Below are positions 46,365 to 55,223 of a DNA stretch of 64,000 bases, piece after piece. A program made the position numbers and the translations under genes. Below the pieces are notes generated by a model. That model searched no databases. It was not told where the DNA came from and saw nothing but the letters and a program-made list of their open reading frames with translations. The DNA comes from an uncultured Pseudobdellovibrionaceae bacterium (lineage in GTDB: Bacteria > Bdellovibrionota > Bdellovibrionia > Bdellovibrionales > UBA1609), in assembly GCA_964502735.1 (NCBI GenBank), contig CAZCYD010000002.1, forward strand, positions 74,218 to 138,217, written 5' to 3'. Each line of letters begins with the position of its first letter. The first letter of the stretch is position 1.

Positions 46365-49319
46365 TTAATTAAAATTTAGCTGATCATGTGGCAGAAGGCT
46401 TTTTGTTCGCTCAATATCAAGAGAGGATATTCCACCAAATCCAATAGCCAAAAATGAATTGAATCCTCCTTGATAGGCAGTGTCGAAGCCATAATAGAGG
46501 CCGAGTTTAAAAAATAAAGGGAGATGAAAACCTACGGTTGTATTTAGTGTAAGCTCAAGACCTGTTCCGGTAAAAATATCTTCTCCCCATCTTTTTCTGT
46601 AGTACCCTCTTTTTTCGGCACTGAAAGCGGCTCCATCTGTTGTAAGGGCATCAACAAAGGCTGTAGCAAATAGATCTTTTAGAAAAAAAGCAGAAGTGGA
46701 GAATCCAGAGTTGATGTTTCTTATTGGCAATGAATATTCCATATTAAGTGTGGTCATTGAGCGTCCAACAAATGTTCCCGTTGGGTAGCCTCGAAGTAAG
46801 AAGCTGCTATTGACAAGATTTGTGGCAAAATTAGCTCCTAAGTTTGTGTCCCCAATAAAAATAGATTTATTGAGATCTAAATCGTGGGCATAACTTGACA
46901 CAACCTGAGTCGTATAGGTGTGTCTTGAGGGGAGGGGCTTAGTGAAATCATACCTAACTCTAGAAAAATATCTGTTAAAGTCTATAAAATCTCTGCCTGG
47001 AAAAAATTTTTGATAAAAAAGACTAGCTGATAGGCGATTATCTCGTGGCTGCCAATTAAAATGTCCAGCATTGGTATAAGAAATACCAGCACTAATCCCC
47101 ATTCGATTTAGATCTTGATTCCAAAAATCCTGAGAAGAACTATAGACTCCGCCAGCTAAGCCGTGTAGGGAGTTATCGTCAGATATTAGAAAGTGAGTTC
47201 CTGCATTTAAAAATTCACTTTTAACATTTAGTCCACTGCTTGGGCGAAATTCATTAATTTGCCCATAGGAAAAATTCATTCCCACTGGGGTCATATTGTT
47301 GTTGTAAGTAAAGACACCACTGATATTTTCGCTTAAGCTATCATATGATAAATCTAGTGAATAACCCTGCTTGCTGAGTGGGTCAAAAGCTGCTGTATAG
47401 CCTTGAAATAGATATCCCCCCTCAATTGCATAGACAAACGGTATCCAAAATTGAGGTAGCATAAACTTTGTACTGACATAATCCCTGTGTTCGTAAATTT
47501 CTTGGGGATAAAAGTTCATTTCTGGTTGCTGTAATTTTTGTCTAACTGGGTATTCTTCAGAGTAAGTGAGCGACCGTCTGGTCATAAGGTGGGGAACTAT
47601 AGGCGGAATTTTTTCTTCGGATTCGATTTCTTCAAATAGTTGAGGGCCAAGGGCGGTGAGCTCTGAGATTATAAGTTGTTTATTTTTGAGCGAATAATCA
47701 GCATTAATAATTGCAGTCTTTGAGTTCGTTAAGGCTTTGAATTCATAAAATGGGTATGAGGACTTGTACAAGTTAGGAACATTAGACTCATCACTTACAA
47801 ATAGAAGTTGGTTGTCGCTGAATTTTAAAAATTTAACAGAGGAGACTTCGTTCAAAACCTGTTTTTGCTCTTTGTGGATTTCATTAATTATGATTAGACG
47901 CTCTTTTCCGTCTGTAGACTTATAGCCAAAAAGAATTTCGTCTCCTCCGATGGGTGAGGGCAAGAAGATTCTGTGATTAATTGGCGCTGCCCATATTTCT
48001 TCAATGTGTGAAGTTTCAAAGCTGTATCTCATAAGCGAGGACCTATTGGCACCGCTTTTTACGTAGTAAATAAACTTGCCGTCGGGAGAGACCTCGGGTT
48101 CTAGGGCTCGCGCTCGGTAAGTCAGTTGTTTAATTTTTTTCGTTTTCAAATCATAAAGGAATAAGTCTGATAAAATACTAAATCTATCTACGGGACGTAG
48201 AGTTGAAAAAACAAAAGCAGAGGAGTCAGGCAGCCAAGATATGCGATCTATCCCGTGTCCAGAAAAAACTTTTTTAGCCGTGCGGTGAGAGGCGGGTTCA
48301 GACTTGGTGTTTGAGATGTAAACGGCAAAAAAATTGTCTAGGTAGTTGCCAGCAACAAATGCTAATTTTTCCCCGTCAGGACTTAGGCTGGGGCTCATTT
48401 GCGAATCCATTTTGAAACTCATTTTTTTAAAATTTCCAGAGGGATTTTGGTTTAGTATTTGAAGTTGATAATTTGCTGAATTTTCAACTTTTAAATATGT
48501 TTCATCCAACCATGACGTCCAACTTTTTCCAGTAATGCGCTCGATGGGGTTAGTGATAAAGTAGGGGACTCTTTTCGAATATATTTGATTGAGATTGTAA
48601 ATGTTCTCGTTCGGTAAATAATTGGAGTTGAGAGCCTCACTCATTAGTAGACTGCCGAGTAGATAAGGACGGCGTCCGCCCGGCCAATCAGGGATAGAAG
48701 TTTCATTAATTCGATCAATTGTTTCTTTTCGAAGAGTATTATTTATTACAAGTGTTCGTAAAATGGCATCGCTCAGAGCGGAGTTTAATCGGCCTTTTGT
48801 TGTGAGGCGACTTTCAAGTTCAACAGCTAAACCTTCTAAGTACCAGCGCGGCAATAGCCCGTTAGGGCGCACGACACTGCCAAAAATATATTTAAGGGGA
48901 AGGTAAAATCCATTTGCCGGATGCATATTCAAAATATGAACGTACTCGTGAAGAAAAAGCATTTCGGTCCAGTCATCATAATAGGATATATCAGAGAAGG
49001 GAGAGGGAAGATTAAGATAAATCGTAATTATGGGATAAGGAAAAAATGTGGCCGACCCGTTAACGAAGTCTGTGCTGTCATTAAGAATTACAAGTGTTTT
49101 TTGTGGGAAATCTCGAAAAATGGGAACTAGTTTTTTGTGAACTCGCTCTGCAACGTTGGCGTAGTATTGGCCAATGTCTTCTAGTTCTTCGGGGTAAATA
49201 ATTTCAAAGTTTTGGGTTTGCAGAGTTTTCCATTGAATTTTAGGATCAATATTAGCACGAGAAACTATCGATAGAAGTAAGCAGAAAGAAGATAAGACCC
49301 CAATTTTTAAAAAAGACAA
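46365..49319 (-). CDS. Large exported multidomain protein: MA-clan zinc metallopeptidase-like domain + TolB-like beta-propeller repeats + C-terminal putative beta-barrel
   Basis: Signal peptide. HEYVHILN (HExxH) with a downstream WYLEGLAVELES glutamate motif. Repeated SPDGEKLAF / SPDGKFIYY propeller signatures. The C-terminal ~350 aa is rich in alternating aromatic/Gly strands. Confidence 0.55.
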   Translation of the reverse strand: MSFLKIGVLSSFCLLLSIVSRANIDPKIQWKTLQTQNFEIIYPEELEDIGQYYANVAERVHKKLVPIFRDFPQKTLVILNDSTDFVNGSATFFPYPIITIYLNLPSPFSDISYYDDWTEMLFLHEYVHILNMHPANGFYLPLKYIFGSVVRPNGLLPRWYLEGLAVELESRLTTKGRLNSALSDAILRTLVINNTLRKETIDRINETSIPDWPGGRRPYLLGSLLMSEALNSNYLPNENIYNLNQIYSKRVPYFITNPIERITGKSWTSWLDETYLKVENSANYQLQILNQNPSGNFKKMSFKMDSQMSPSLSPDGEKLAFVAGNYLDNFFAVYISNTKSEPASHRTAKKVFSGHGIDRISWLPDSSAFVFSTLRPVDRFSILSDLFLYDLKTKKIKQLTYRARALEPEVSPDGKFIYYVKSGANRSSLMRYSFETSHIEEIWAAPINHRIFLPSPIGGDEILFGYKSTDGKERLIIINEIHKEQKQVLNEVSSVKFLKFSDNQLLFVSDESNVPNLYKSSYPFYEFKALTNSKTAIINADYSLKNKQLIISELTALGPQLFEEIESEEKIPPIVPHLMTRRSLTYSEEYPVRQKLQQPEMNFYPQEIYEHRDYVSTKFMLPQFWIPFVYAIEGGYLFQGYTAAFDPLSKQGYSLDLSYDSLSENISGVFTYNNNMTPVGMNFSYGQINEFRPSSGLNVKSEFLNAGTHFLISDDNSLHGLAGGVYSSSQDFWNQDLNRMGISAGISYTNAGHFNWQPRDNRLSASLFYQKFFPGRDFIDFNRYFSRVRYDFTKPLPSRHTYTTQVVSSYAHDLDLNKSIFIGDTNLGANFATNLVNSSFLLRGYPTGTFVGRSMTTLNMEYSLPIRNINSGFSTSAFFLKDLFATAFVDALTTDGAAFSAEKRGYYRKRWGEDIFTGTGLELTLNTTVGFHLPLFFKLGLYYGFDTAYQGGFNSFLAIGFGGISSLDIERTKSLLPHDQLNFN

Positions 49320-49441
49320 ATGCCCCTCACCCTCGCAACAGTATTGTTAACCCCAAAATTGTTCACCCACCAACATGGGGAATCATTTCGAATAAGTTTA
49401 ACACTTGCTTAATAATGGGCAATAGACTCTTGCTCAATTTT

Positions 49442-50893
49442 TTATAAAAAATTGAGTAATTGAGCGCAGTTCTTTTGATTGTTCTGACTTTGCAAGTTGA
49501 GTATGCGGTGGACAATTGAACTTCTGTACTTGGCGACAGATTGGGGACTTAGGCCTGAATGTGAAGCCTTGATGTTTGTGGACTCTTGGGAGTGATTCAT
49601 CGTGCCAAACATTAGGGCTTCTAGGTTTCTGTACAGTTGTCTATTGATTGAATCCACATGAAAGACTTCTGTTTGAAACTCGTAAATATCTGTTCCCGGC
49701 TGTGTTTGGTACTCCAGTATTTCATACAATTGATAAAAAAGATCTGTGTAGCGCGAATGATTTTTTTCAAACCACTTTAACCATTTTTGTTTTTTTACAG
49801 AAGAGTCTCCATTAATTTCATTTTGCTCCTGCAAAGCTAAAGCGGATAATTCAGAAAAGATTTTTGTGACCTTATCTTTTAAAGTTTCAAATTGTTCGCG
49901 AGTGTAGTTTTTGACTTGCCCATCGCGCTCCTGAAGACTTGCCAATTTTTTAACCAATGATTTTATTGCTCTTTCAACTTCGCTGAGGTGGGGGGTTGCT
50001 TGTTTGATAGATGAAACAAGTTGGTAAACGTCTGTTTTAAATTCAGTAGTTGTTGGATAAGCAGCGTAATTAGTAGCGTATACCAGACTTGTTGCAAGAT
50101 CGTGAGTAGGTAAAAGCTTGTGGGTTCTTAAATCTTTGATCTTAATAAATAAGGAATCTACATCATCTGCGAGATGTGAAATTGTTGATCGGGCTTCGTT
50201 AGACAGATGGCGGACGTAGTATCCATTCTCTTTTTCGAAGTCTAAGGCCACAATTTGATCTCTGAGTATTTCAATTTCCAAACGGATTTGAGTGAGAGTT
50301 TCTAGAACACCATCAATATGGTGGTACAAATCTAGAAAATTCTTTGTTTGAATCTTAGAAAGGGGTTGAAATTTTTGCTCATCCTCATCCTCATCCTCAT
50401 CCTCATCCAAAAGTTCAAGGCCTGTTGCAAAGTTTATTTTTTCTGGATTTTCATAAAAGTGTAGTGAGGGCTCGTATTCAGGCAATCTGTGAAACGCAAG
50501 AAACCCGTACTCATTTTGATGAGTGGAGTCCGTAGATTTTATAGACACCACCAGGCTTTGTTGGATGTACTCCTTAAAACTCTGTCCGTTGGGCCAAAGT
50601 TCGAGCTGTTCCAACCAATTTTCTTCCGATAGCAGGTGGAGGGAGTACCAGACCTCTGATGCTTTCTTGTACTCTTGGTGCAGACCTTCAATTTGTCTTT
50701 GAACTTTATGTAGTGCCGTTCTGGGATCACTACTAAAGCCCTCAAACATTCGTCTTTTTGAATCTGAGATTTCAACAGAAGAACCTGCAATTGAACTCAA
50801 GGCGCTTGCGAGCACTGTAAAAAAAATAAATGAAATTAAAATGTTATGTTTGAATTTACTTTCGTGTTTGTGTGTGTAAAAAGGGACTTGCAT
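49442..50893 (-). CDS. Hypothetical exported protein with an (ED)n acidic tract
   Basis: A 483-aa ORF with an N-terminal hydrophobic segment. No motif recognised. Confidence 0.5.
   Translation of the reverse strand: MQVPFYTHKHESKFKHNILISFIFFTVLASALSSIAGSSVEISDSKRRMFEGFSSDPRTALHKVQRQIEGLHQEYKKASEVWYSLHLLSEENWLEQLELWPNGQSFKEYIQQSLVVSIKSTDSTHQNEYGFLAFHRLPEYEPSLHFYENPEKINFATGLELLDEDEDEDEDEQKFQPLSKIQTKNFLDLYHHIDGVLETLTQIRLEIEILRDQIVALDFEKENGYYVRHLSNEARSTISHLADDVDSLFIKIKDLRTHKLLPTHDLATSLVYATNYAAYPTTTEFKTDVYQLVSSIKQATPHLSEVERAIKSLVKKLASLQERDGQVKNYTREQFETLKDKVTKIFSELSALALQEQNEINGDSSVKKQKWLKWFEKNHSRYTDLFYQLYEILEYQTQPGTDIYEFQTEVFHVDSINRQLYRNLEALMFGTMNHSQESTNIKASHSGLSPQSVAKYRSSIVHRILNLQSQNNQKNCAQLLNFL
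50379..50408. repeat. Hexanucleotide TCATCC x5 (encodes EDEDEDEDED on the minus strand)
   Basis: Five perfect tandem copies read directly. In frame within the 483-aa ORF. Confidence 0.9.
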
Positions 50894-51020
50894 CCGGTTG
50901 ATTAGACATCCCTATGGCTTATAAGGAAATTAGTTTTACCTTAAATGAAAAAAATTCAAATAGGATTTGTAAAAATGATTATAAAAAATAATAAAAATTT
51001 ATACAAGCCATTACAACATA

Positions 51021-51188
51021 CCCAAGGCCGCGGATAAAATGCATCAAAATTTCCTCAAACCCTTGTCTGGCGGGGACATCTCCGGCTTCGCCGCTGTCAC
51101 CCTTCGGGTGATCGCCTCCGGCTCATCGGAGCCCCGCTAGACAAGGGTTTGAGGAAATTTTGATGCATTTTTTATCCGCGGATTTGGG
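51021..51188. repeat. 168-nt extended hairpin: inverted doublet of the REP-like unit (REPIN-like) around a GC-rich three-hairpin core
   Basis: 51021-51075 pairs with 51132-51188 (~55 bp, with one 2-nt bulge, one mismatch and two G-T pairs). The core contains CGGC-TTC-GCCG (51083-51093), TCACCC-TTC-GGGTGA (51097-51111) and CTCCG-GCTCAT-CGGAG (51116-51131). Confidence 0.85.
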
Positions 51189-51191
51189 TGC

Positions 51192-51962
51192 TTAAGGTAT
51201 TCGGTTAATTTTTTTGGCTTGCCAAGCCTTGAAGTATTTTAGGAACACAGTAAAGCTGGCCATAATACTAATTGAAAACCCATAGGCACCATCTTGAAAT
51301 CCACGTTTGACTATGTAGGTCTTAAAAAAACGGAGCCAAGGGTTTAGAACGGCCTTAAGTAAAAGAAACTTTTCATTTTTCGACAACACTTTCTCCGCCC
51401 CTAAGGATGTGTAGCTTTTCATGCGCTCAATATGATCATCAATAGTATAATAAGAGTAGTGATTTAAGTGCCCCTTTAAATAGTCGATTTTGAGAGGTTT
51501 AGAAAACTCTATATGTTCGTGTACCTGTGCTGCATTCCATTGACTGCCTATTTTAGGAAATAGTCTAAGTTGATAGTCTGGAAACCAGCCGGAATGGTAA
51601 ATCCAAGTTCCACAATAATTGGTGATGCGGTTCAAATAGTAGGCGTGGTTCATTAAAATACGGGGCTTAAGCTCAAGGATTTCATTTTGCAATTCAGGGG
51701 ATAGTTCTTCATCAGCATCTATAGACAGAATGAAGTCGAACTGAGCATGGTCATTAGCAAAATTTTTAGTGGGAGAAAACCCCTTCCATTCTGTTTCAAT
51801 AAACTTTACTTTGGGAAACTTGAGGCAGATTTCTCGAGTTTTGTCTGTGCTTTTAGAGTCTGCAACAATAATCTCATCTGCAACGGGGTCTAGTGATTCC
51901 AGGCATCTCTTGATATTAAGTTCTTCATTCTTTGTTATTATAACAGCACTAATTTTTGCCAT
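51192..51962 (-). CDS. Family-2 glycosyltransferase
   Basis: ISAVIITKNEELNIKRCLESL and the DADEE (DxD-like) motif. ATG 51962 (MAKISAV...) is preferred over the TTG track start 51992. 14-nt overlap with the upstream GT gene. Confidence 0.8.
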   Translation of the reverse strand: MAKISAVIITKNEELNIKRCLESLDPVADEIIVADSKSTDKTREICLKFPKVKFIETEWKGFSPTKNFANDHAQFDFILSIDADEELSPELQNEILELKPRILMNHAYYLNRITNYCGTWIYHSGWFPDYQLRLFPKIGSQWNAAQVHEHIEFSKPLKIDYLKGHLNHYSYYTIDDHIERMKSYTSLGAEKVLSKNEKFLLLKAVLNPWLRFFKTYIVKRGFQDGAYGFSISIMASFTVFLKYFKAWQAKKINRIP

Positions 51963-53073
51963 TATTGACACATAACTTTTTATAGAGTTCAAAGCAAGCT
52001 CTTACCATTTGGTCTGCACTAAAGTGACTCTCCACAAATTGCATGCCTTTTAGAGAAAGCTGTTTTCTTAGTGGCTCATTCTTTAAGGCCAATTCTAGCT
52101 GCTCACACAATTGTTCTATATTTTTAGCTTGAAAACTCAAGCCATGTTCCTTATTTACGACAACTTCTTTAAGGCCGCCGGCGTCAGAGCTTATGACCGT
52201 GCAACCGGAAGCAAGAGCTTCAATGGCAACACTGCCGAGTCCCTCATGGTGTGAGGGCATTACAAATACATCCAAGCCAGCCAATAAAAGAGGAACTTGG
52301 TGGCAGAAACCTATTAGCTTTATGGGGAATGGAAAGTTTTGACTCGATATTATTTTTTTAAGTTCGGCCTTGAGGGGGCCTTCCCCCGCCATGATTACGG
52401 CAAATGGAGGGAGGTTATCTTTTTGAATCAAAAGAGACAGTGCCCTTATAAAATCGGCAAGACCTTTTTCTTTTGTTAAGGCTGAGGCGGTTCCAATATA
52501 TAAGCATTTGTCACTTATGTTTTTCTCATTTTTAAAATGCGAGCGGACAAAGTTCTGTCCTTCGTGAGATTTGCAATTGTATAGTGTTGTATCTACAGCA
52601 CTCGGGATCACTTCTATTTTTGAGGATTCAACCCCAGTTTCTAAAAGGCGCTGCTTAACTTCAGTTGAGATGGCAATATACTGATTAACTAATGGCGAGG
52701 AGTATTTTTTTTTGGATAGAATTAGGGGTGAGCTTTGAAAGGCCACCCTTCTGTGAACAATAAGTATAAGTTGTGGAAAAATGAACTTTAAAACTAAGCC
52801 GAAGCTATGAGCTTTTGAGCAGTGACAGTGGAGGATTTGAATTTTTTTTTCTTTTATAAATTGAGAAACTTTTAGAAGCGAGAAAGGATTAAAATAGCTG
52901 CGTCCGTTCAAAGATAGCAATTGTGACTTATTGATTCTTTCCGAGGCTTTTGATTTTAAGGGGTATGCAAAATAGTTGCTAACATTTAGGCGAGAAAGGC
53001 CTTCAGACAAAAGCTGAAGCTGTCGTTCCCCCCCTCTCCAAGACATGGCAAAGCTTATATGCAGTACGTTCAT
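51949..53073 (-). CDS. Family-4 (GT-B, RfaG-like) glycosyltransferase
   Basis: C-terminal EGLGSVAIEALASGCTVISSDAGGLKEVV (E-x7-E type motif). Length 374 aa. Confidence 0.85.
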   Translation of the reverse strand: MNVLHISFAMSWRGGERQLQLLSEGLSRLNVSNYFAYPLKSKASERINKSQLLSLNGRSYFNPFSLLKVSQFIKEKKIQILHCHCSKAHSFGLVLKFIFPQLILIVHRRVAFQSSPLILSKKKYSSPLVNQYIAISTEVKQRLLETGVESSKIEVIPSAVDTTLYNCKSHEGQNFVRSHFKNEKNISDKCLYIGTASALTKEKGLADFIRALSLLIQKDNLPPFAVIMAGEGPLKAELKKIISSQNFPFPIKLIGFCHQVPLLLAGLDVFVMPSHHEGLGSVAIEALASGCTVISSDAGGLKEVVVNKEHGLSFQAKNIEQLCEQLELALKNEPLRKQLSLKGMQFVESHFSADQMVRACFELYKKLCVNNGKN

Positions 53074-53097
53074 GTACAGAGACTATCAGACTCTGTA

Positions 53098-53241
53098 ACT
53101 TATACCAATTCCAAAAAATAATCGTCTAAAATTTTGTGAATGCACCTCACGCGCAGTTCCGCAGCCTTGAGGCTGCGGCTGTATGAGCATGAGGCGCATT
53201 CACAAAATTTTAGACGATTATTTTTTGGAATTGGTATAAGT
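53098..53241. repeat. 144-nt extended hairpin: perfect 46-bp inverted repeat around a GC-rich core
   Basis: 53098-53143 is the exact reverse complement of 53196-53241. Pairing continues with CCTCA/TGAGG (53145-53149/53190-53194) and CCGCAGCC-TTGA-GGCTGCGG (53159-53178). Confidence 0.9.
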
Positions 53242-53248
53242 ACACTGC

Positions 53249-53578
53249 CTATACGGCGAAAGAAGTGCCACATCCACAAGTTTTTGTGGCGTTTGGATTG
53301 GAGAAAACAAAGCCAGCACCATTGAGTCCGCCCTCATAATCAAGGGTCATACCAACAAGATAAAGGAGGCTTTGAGAGTCGATAACAATAGAAACGCCAT
53401 GATCTTGAAAAACTTTGTCCTTATCAGCATCCAGGTTTTTATCAAAATCTAACTTGTAGGAAAAACCGGAGCATCCACCACGCTGAACTTTAACTCGTAT
53501 AGAAACTGAATCCTCCAAATTCTCTTCAGACTTGAGCTGTTGAATTCGTTTTGCTGCGTTTTCAGAAATTTTAATCAT
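53249..53578 (-). CDS. erpA: HesB/IscA-family iron-sulfur cluster insertion protein
   Basis: RGGCSGFSY and the C-terminal CGCGTSF cysteine motifs. Length 109 aa. Confidence 0.88.
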   Translation of the reverse strand: MIKISENAAKRIQQLKSEENLEDSVSIRVKVQRGGCSGFSYKLDFDKNLDADKDKVFQDHGVSIVIDSQSLLYLVGMTLDYEGGLNGAGFVFSNPNATKTCGCGTSFAV

Positions 53579-53774
53579 GTTCTACACCTTCCCGAAGAGA
53601 CAAAAAAATGTCAACGCGACGCTGGGTTGCGTGGTCGACCGTTAATCTCCACTTATCCATTATAACTGCTTGAGCGAGTTTTCAACAACAAAATAAGTTA
53701 AAATAAAACTTATTTAAGAAAAAATGAGGTCTCAATCTCTTTTTGGGGCCAGAGGGAGAGATTTGAATCACAAT

Positions 53775-55211
53775 TTAAACCTTTGTAACAACTTGGGTTT
53801 GGTAGGATTCAAGCACTTTGTCAAAAATTTTTCTCCCGTTTATTTTAGCTCTGAGAGCGGCTAAAACTGTAAATGTACCCCCCATTTTTCTATCGAGAAA
53901 AAGTAATTCTTTGGGGGGAGTGCGAAATTTAAACCGAAAAACGATACTTTTTCCTGCCGATGCGATTCGATGAGGGAGGTCACTTTGAGCGTAATTATAG
54001 TTCCCCGCCTTGTCAAAACCGGGGGGACAATTTGAAGAAGAGTAATCCCCCTTCCAGAAAGGTTCAGTAAACATAAAACAAAGGTCTATATATTGCTCTA
54101 CAAGTTCTTGAGGATCATTTTCTTTTACTAAGCCAAGAATTTTAGCCCCCTTTAATAAGGTTATTCGATCTTTTTGAATCGAGCCAAAAATAATTTTTTT
54201 ATAGGCCTCAAAGAAATCAGGAGAGACTTTTTTTACGGCTCCATAGTCGTAAAGTACTAATTTAGGCTTTTCATTTGGGGGCATGTGTACACCATAGTTT
54301 CCGAGATGAGGATCTGTTTGTACAATTCCAAACTCAAAAAGTTCACGAAAATAAAGCTCTAAAAATTTTTCAGCTAAATAGTTGCGTAGTTCCTGAGGCA
54401 ATCTTTGCGCCTCAATCGAATCTAGTCTCAAACTGGGCTCATAACTCATAGTCAGAACCCTACTGGTTGAAAATTCCTTTATGGGGTTAGGAATAATAAA
54501 GCAGGAGTCATTCTTGAGGGACTCTCGTATTTGAGTGAGTGACTCAAGTTCGGCTGAATAATTAAGTTCTTGAAGCAACATTTCTTTGACTTCAATAAAG
54601 ATGTGTTCAATCGGACCGTCCTTAGGTAAAAAGGAGAGAAGGCCAAGTAGTTTTTTAAGGGCTTTAAGGTCCGCATCAATTACTGAACTCAGGTTTGGAT
54701 ATTGGACTTTTAAAACAATATCTTGTTCCTTGTAACGAGCTTTGTATACCTGCCCGAGTGAAGCACTTGCGATAGGGTCTTTGTCAATTTCAAGTTCGCT
54801 TAACTTTTTGGGGCCGAGTTCTTTGTCTAAAGTTTTTTTCATAATGGACCAATCTATCGATGGGGAGTTGGATTGCAGGGTCTTTAAAACTTCAATGGCT
54901 TCAGGGGGAAGAAAGTGCTCTCCGTAAACAGATAACTGCTGTCCGACTTTCATTAGAGAGCCTTTTAATTCCCCAAGCTCGTTTGTAACAATCTCAACTT
55001 GTTTTAAAAGAGTTCTTTTTTTTATAGACTCGGCGGCTTTGGAGTTTAAAACTTTTTGTATATTTTCTTTGGCTGCTAAGGCTCCGGTTTGAAGTGTGAT
55101 TTTAGACAGGGCAAGCCCTCTTGACAAAATTGTATTGCGAAGCTTCTTAAGTGTTTTTTTTTGCTTGGTCAACTGCATCTCCTTTGGAGTTTGAGTTAAA
55201 GCTAAAGTCAC
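53775..55211 (-). CDS. ABC1/UbiB-family atypical protein kinase
   Basis: ASLGQVYKA...VLKVQYPN (Gly-rich/Lys region) and QTDPHLGNY (catalytic-loop equivalent). Length 478 aa. Confidence 0.8.
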   Translation of the reverse strand: MTLALTQTPKEMQLTKQKKTLKKLRNTILSRGLALSKITLQTGALAAKENIQKVLNSKAAESIKKRTLLKQVEIVTNELGELKGSLMKVGQQLSVYGEHFLPPEAIEVLKTLQSNSPSIDWSIMKKTLDKELGPKKLSELEIDKDPIASASLGQVYKARYKEQDIVLKVQYPNLSSVIDADLKALKKLLGLLSFLPKDGPIEHIFIEVKEMLLQELNYSAELESLTQIRESLKNDSCFIIPNPIKEFSTSRVLTMSYEPSLRLDSIEAQRLPQELRNYLAEKFLELYFRELFEFGIVQTDPHLGNYGVHMPPNEKPKLVLYDYGAVKKVSPDFFEAYKKIIFGSIQKDRITLLKGAKILGLVKENDPQELVEQYIDLCFMFTEPFWKGDYSSSNCPPGFDKAGNYNYAQSDLPHRIASAGKSIVFRFKFRTPPKELLFLDRKMGGTFTVLAALRAKINGRKIFDKVLESYQTQVVTKV

Positions 55212-55223
55212 AGTTCTTTATTT

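Noticed and set aside
51021-53241. The long palindromes as integron attC sites flanking a gene cassette
   Set aside because: There are no RYYYAAC/GTTRRRY core sites at the ends, and no intI integrase or attI nearby. The stems are far more perfect and longer than typical attC sites, and the cassette holds two overlapping genes.
53098-53241. Homology between the 144-nt hairpin and the REP-like family, via a shared GCAT.CA.AAAATTT-like stretch
   Set aside because: The match is ~13 nt of AT-rich sequence with two indels, located at different depths in the two stems. It is within chance expectation for this composition.
53140-53325. Track ORF of 61 aa spanning the 144-nt hairpin, plus similar short or antisense ORFs (500..922, 24267..24707, 27935..28240, 36711..36974, 41951..42169 and others)
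   Set aside because: They overlap well-supported genes on the opposite strand or lie in repeat or palindrome DNA. They have low-complexity or biased composition, lack ribosome-binding sites and show no motifs. They are treated as non-coding.
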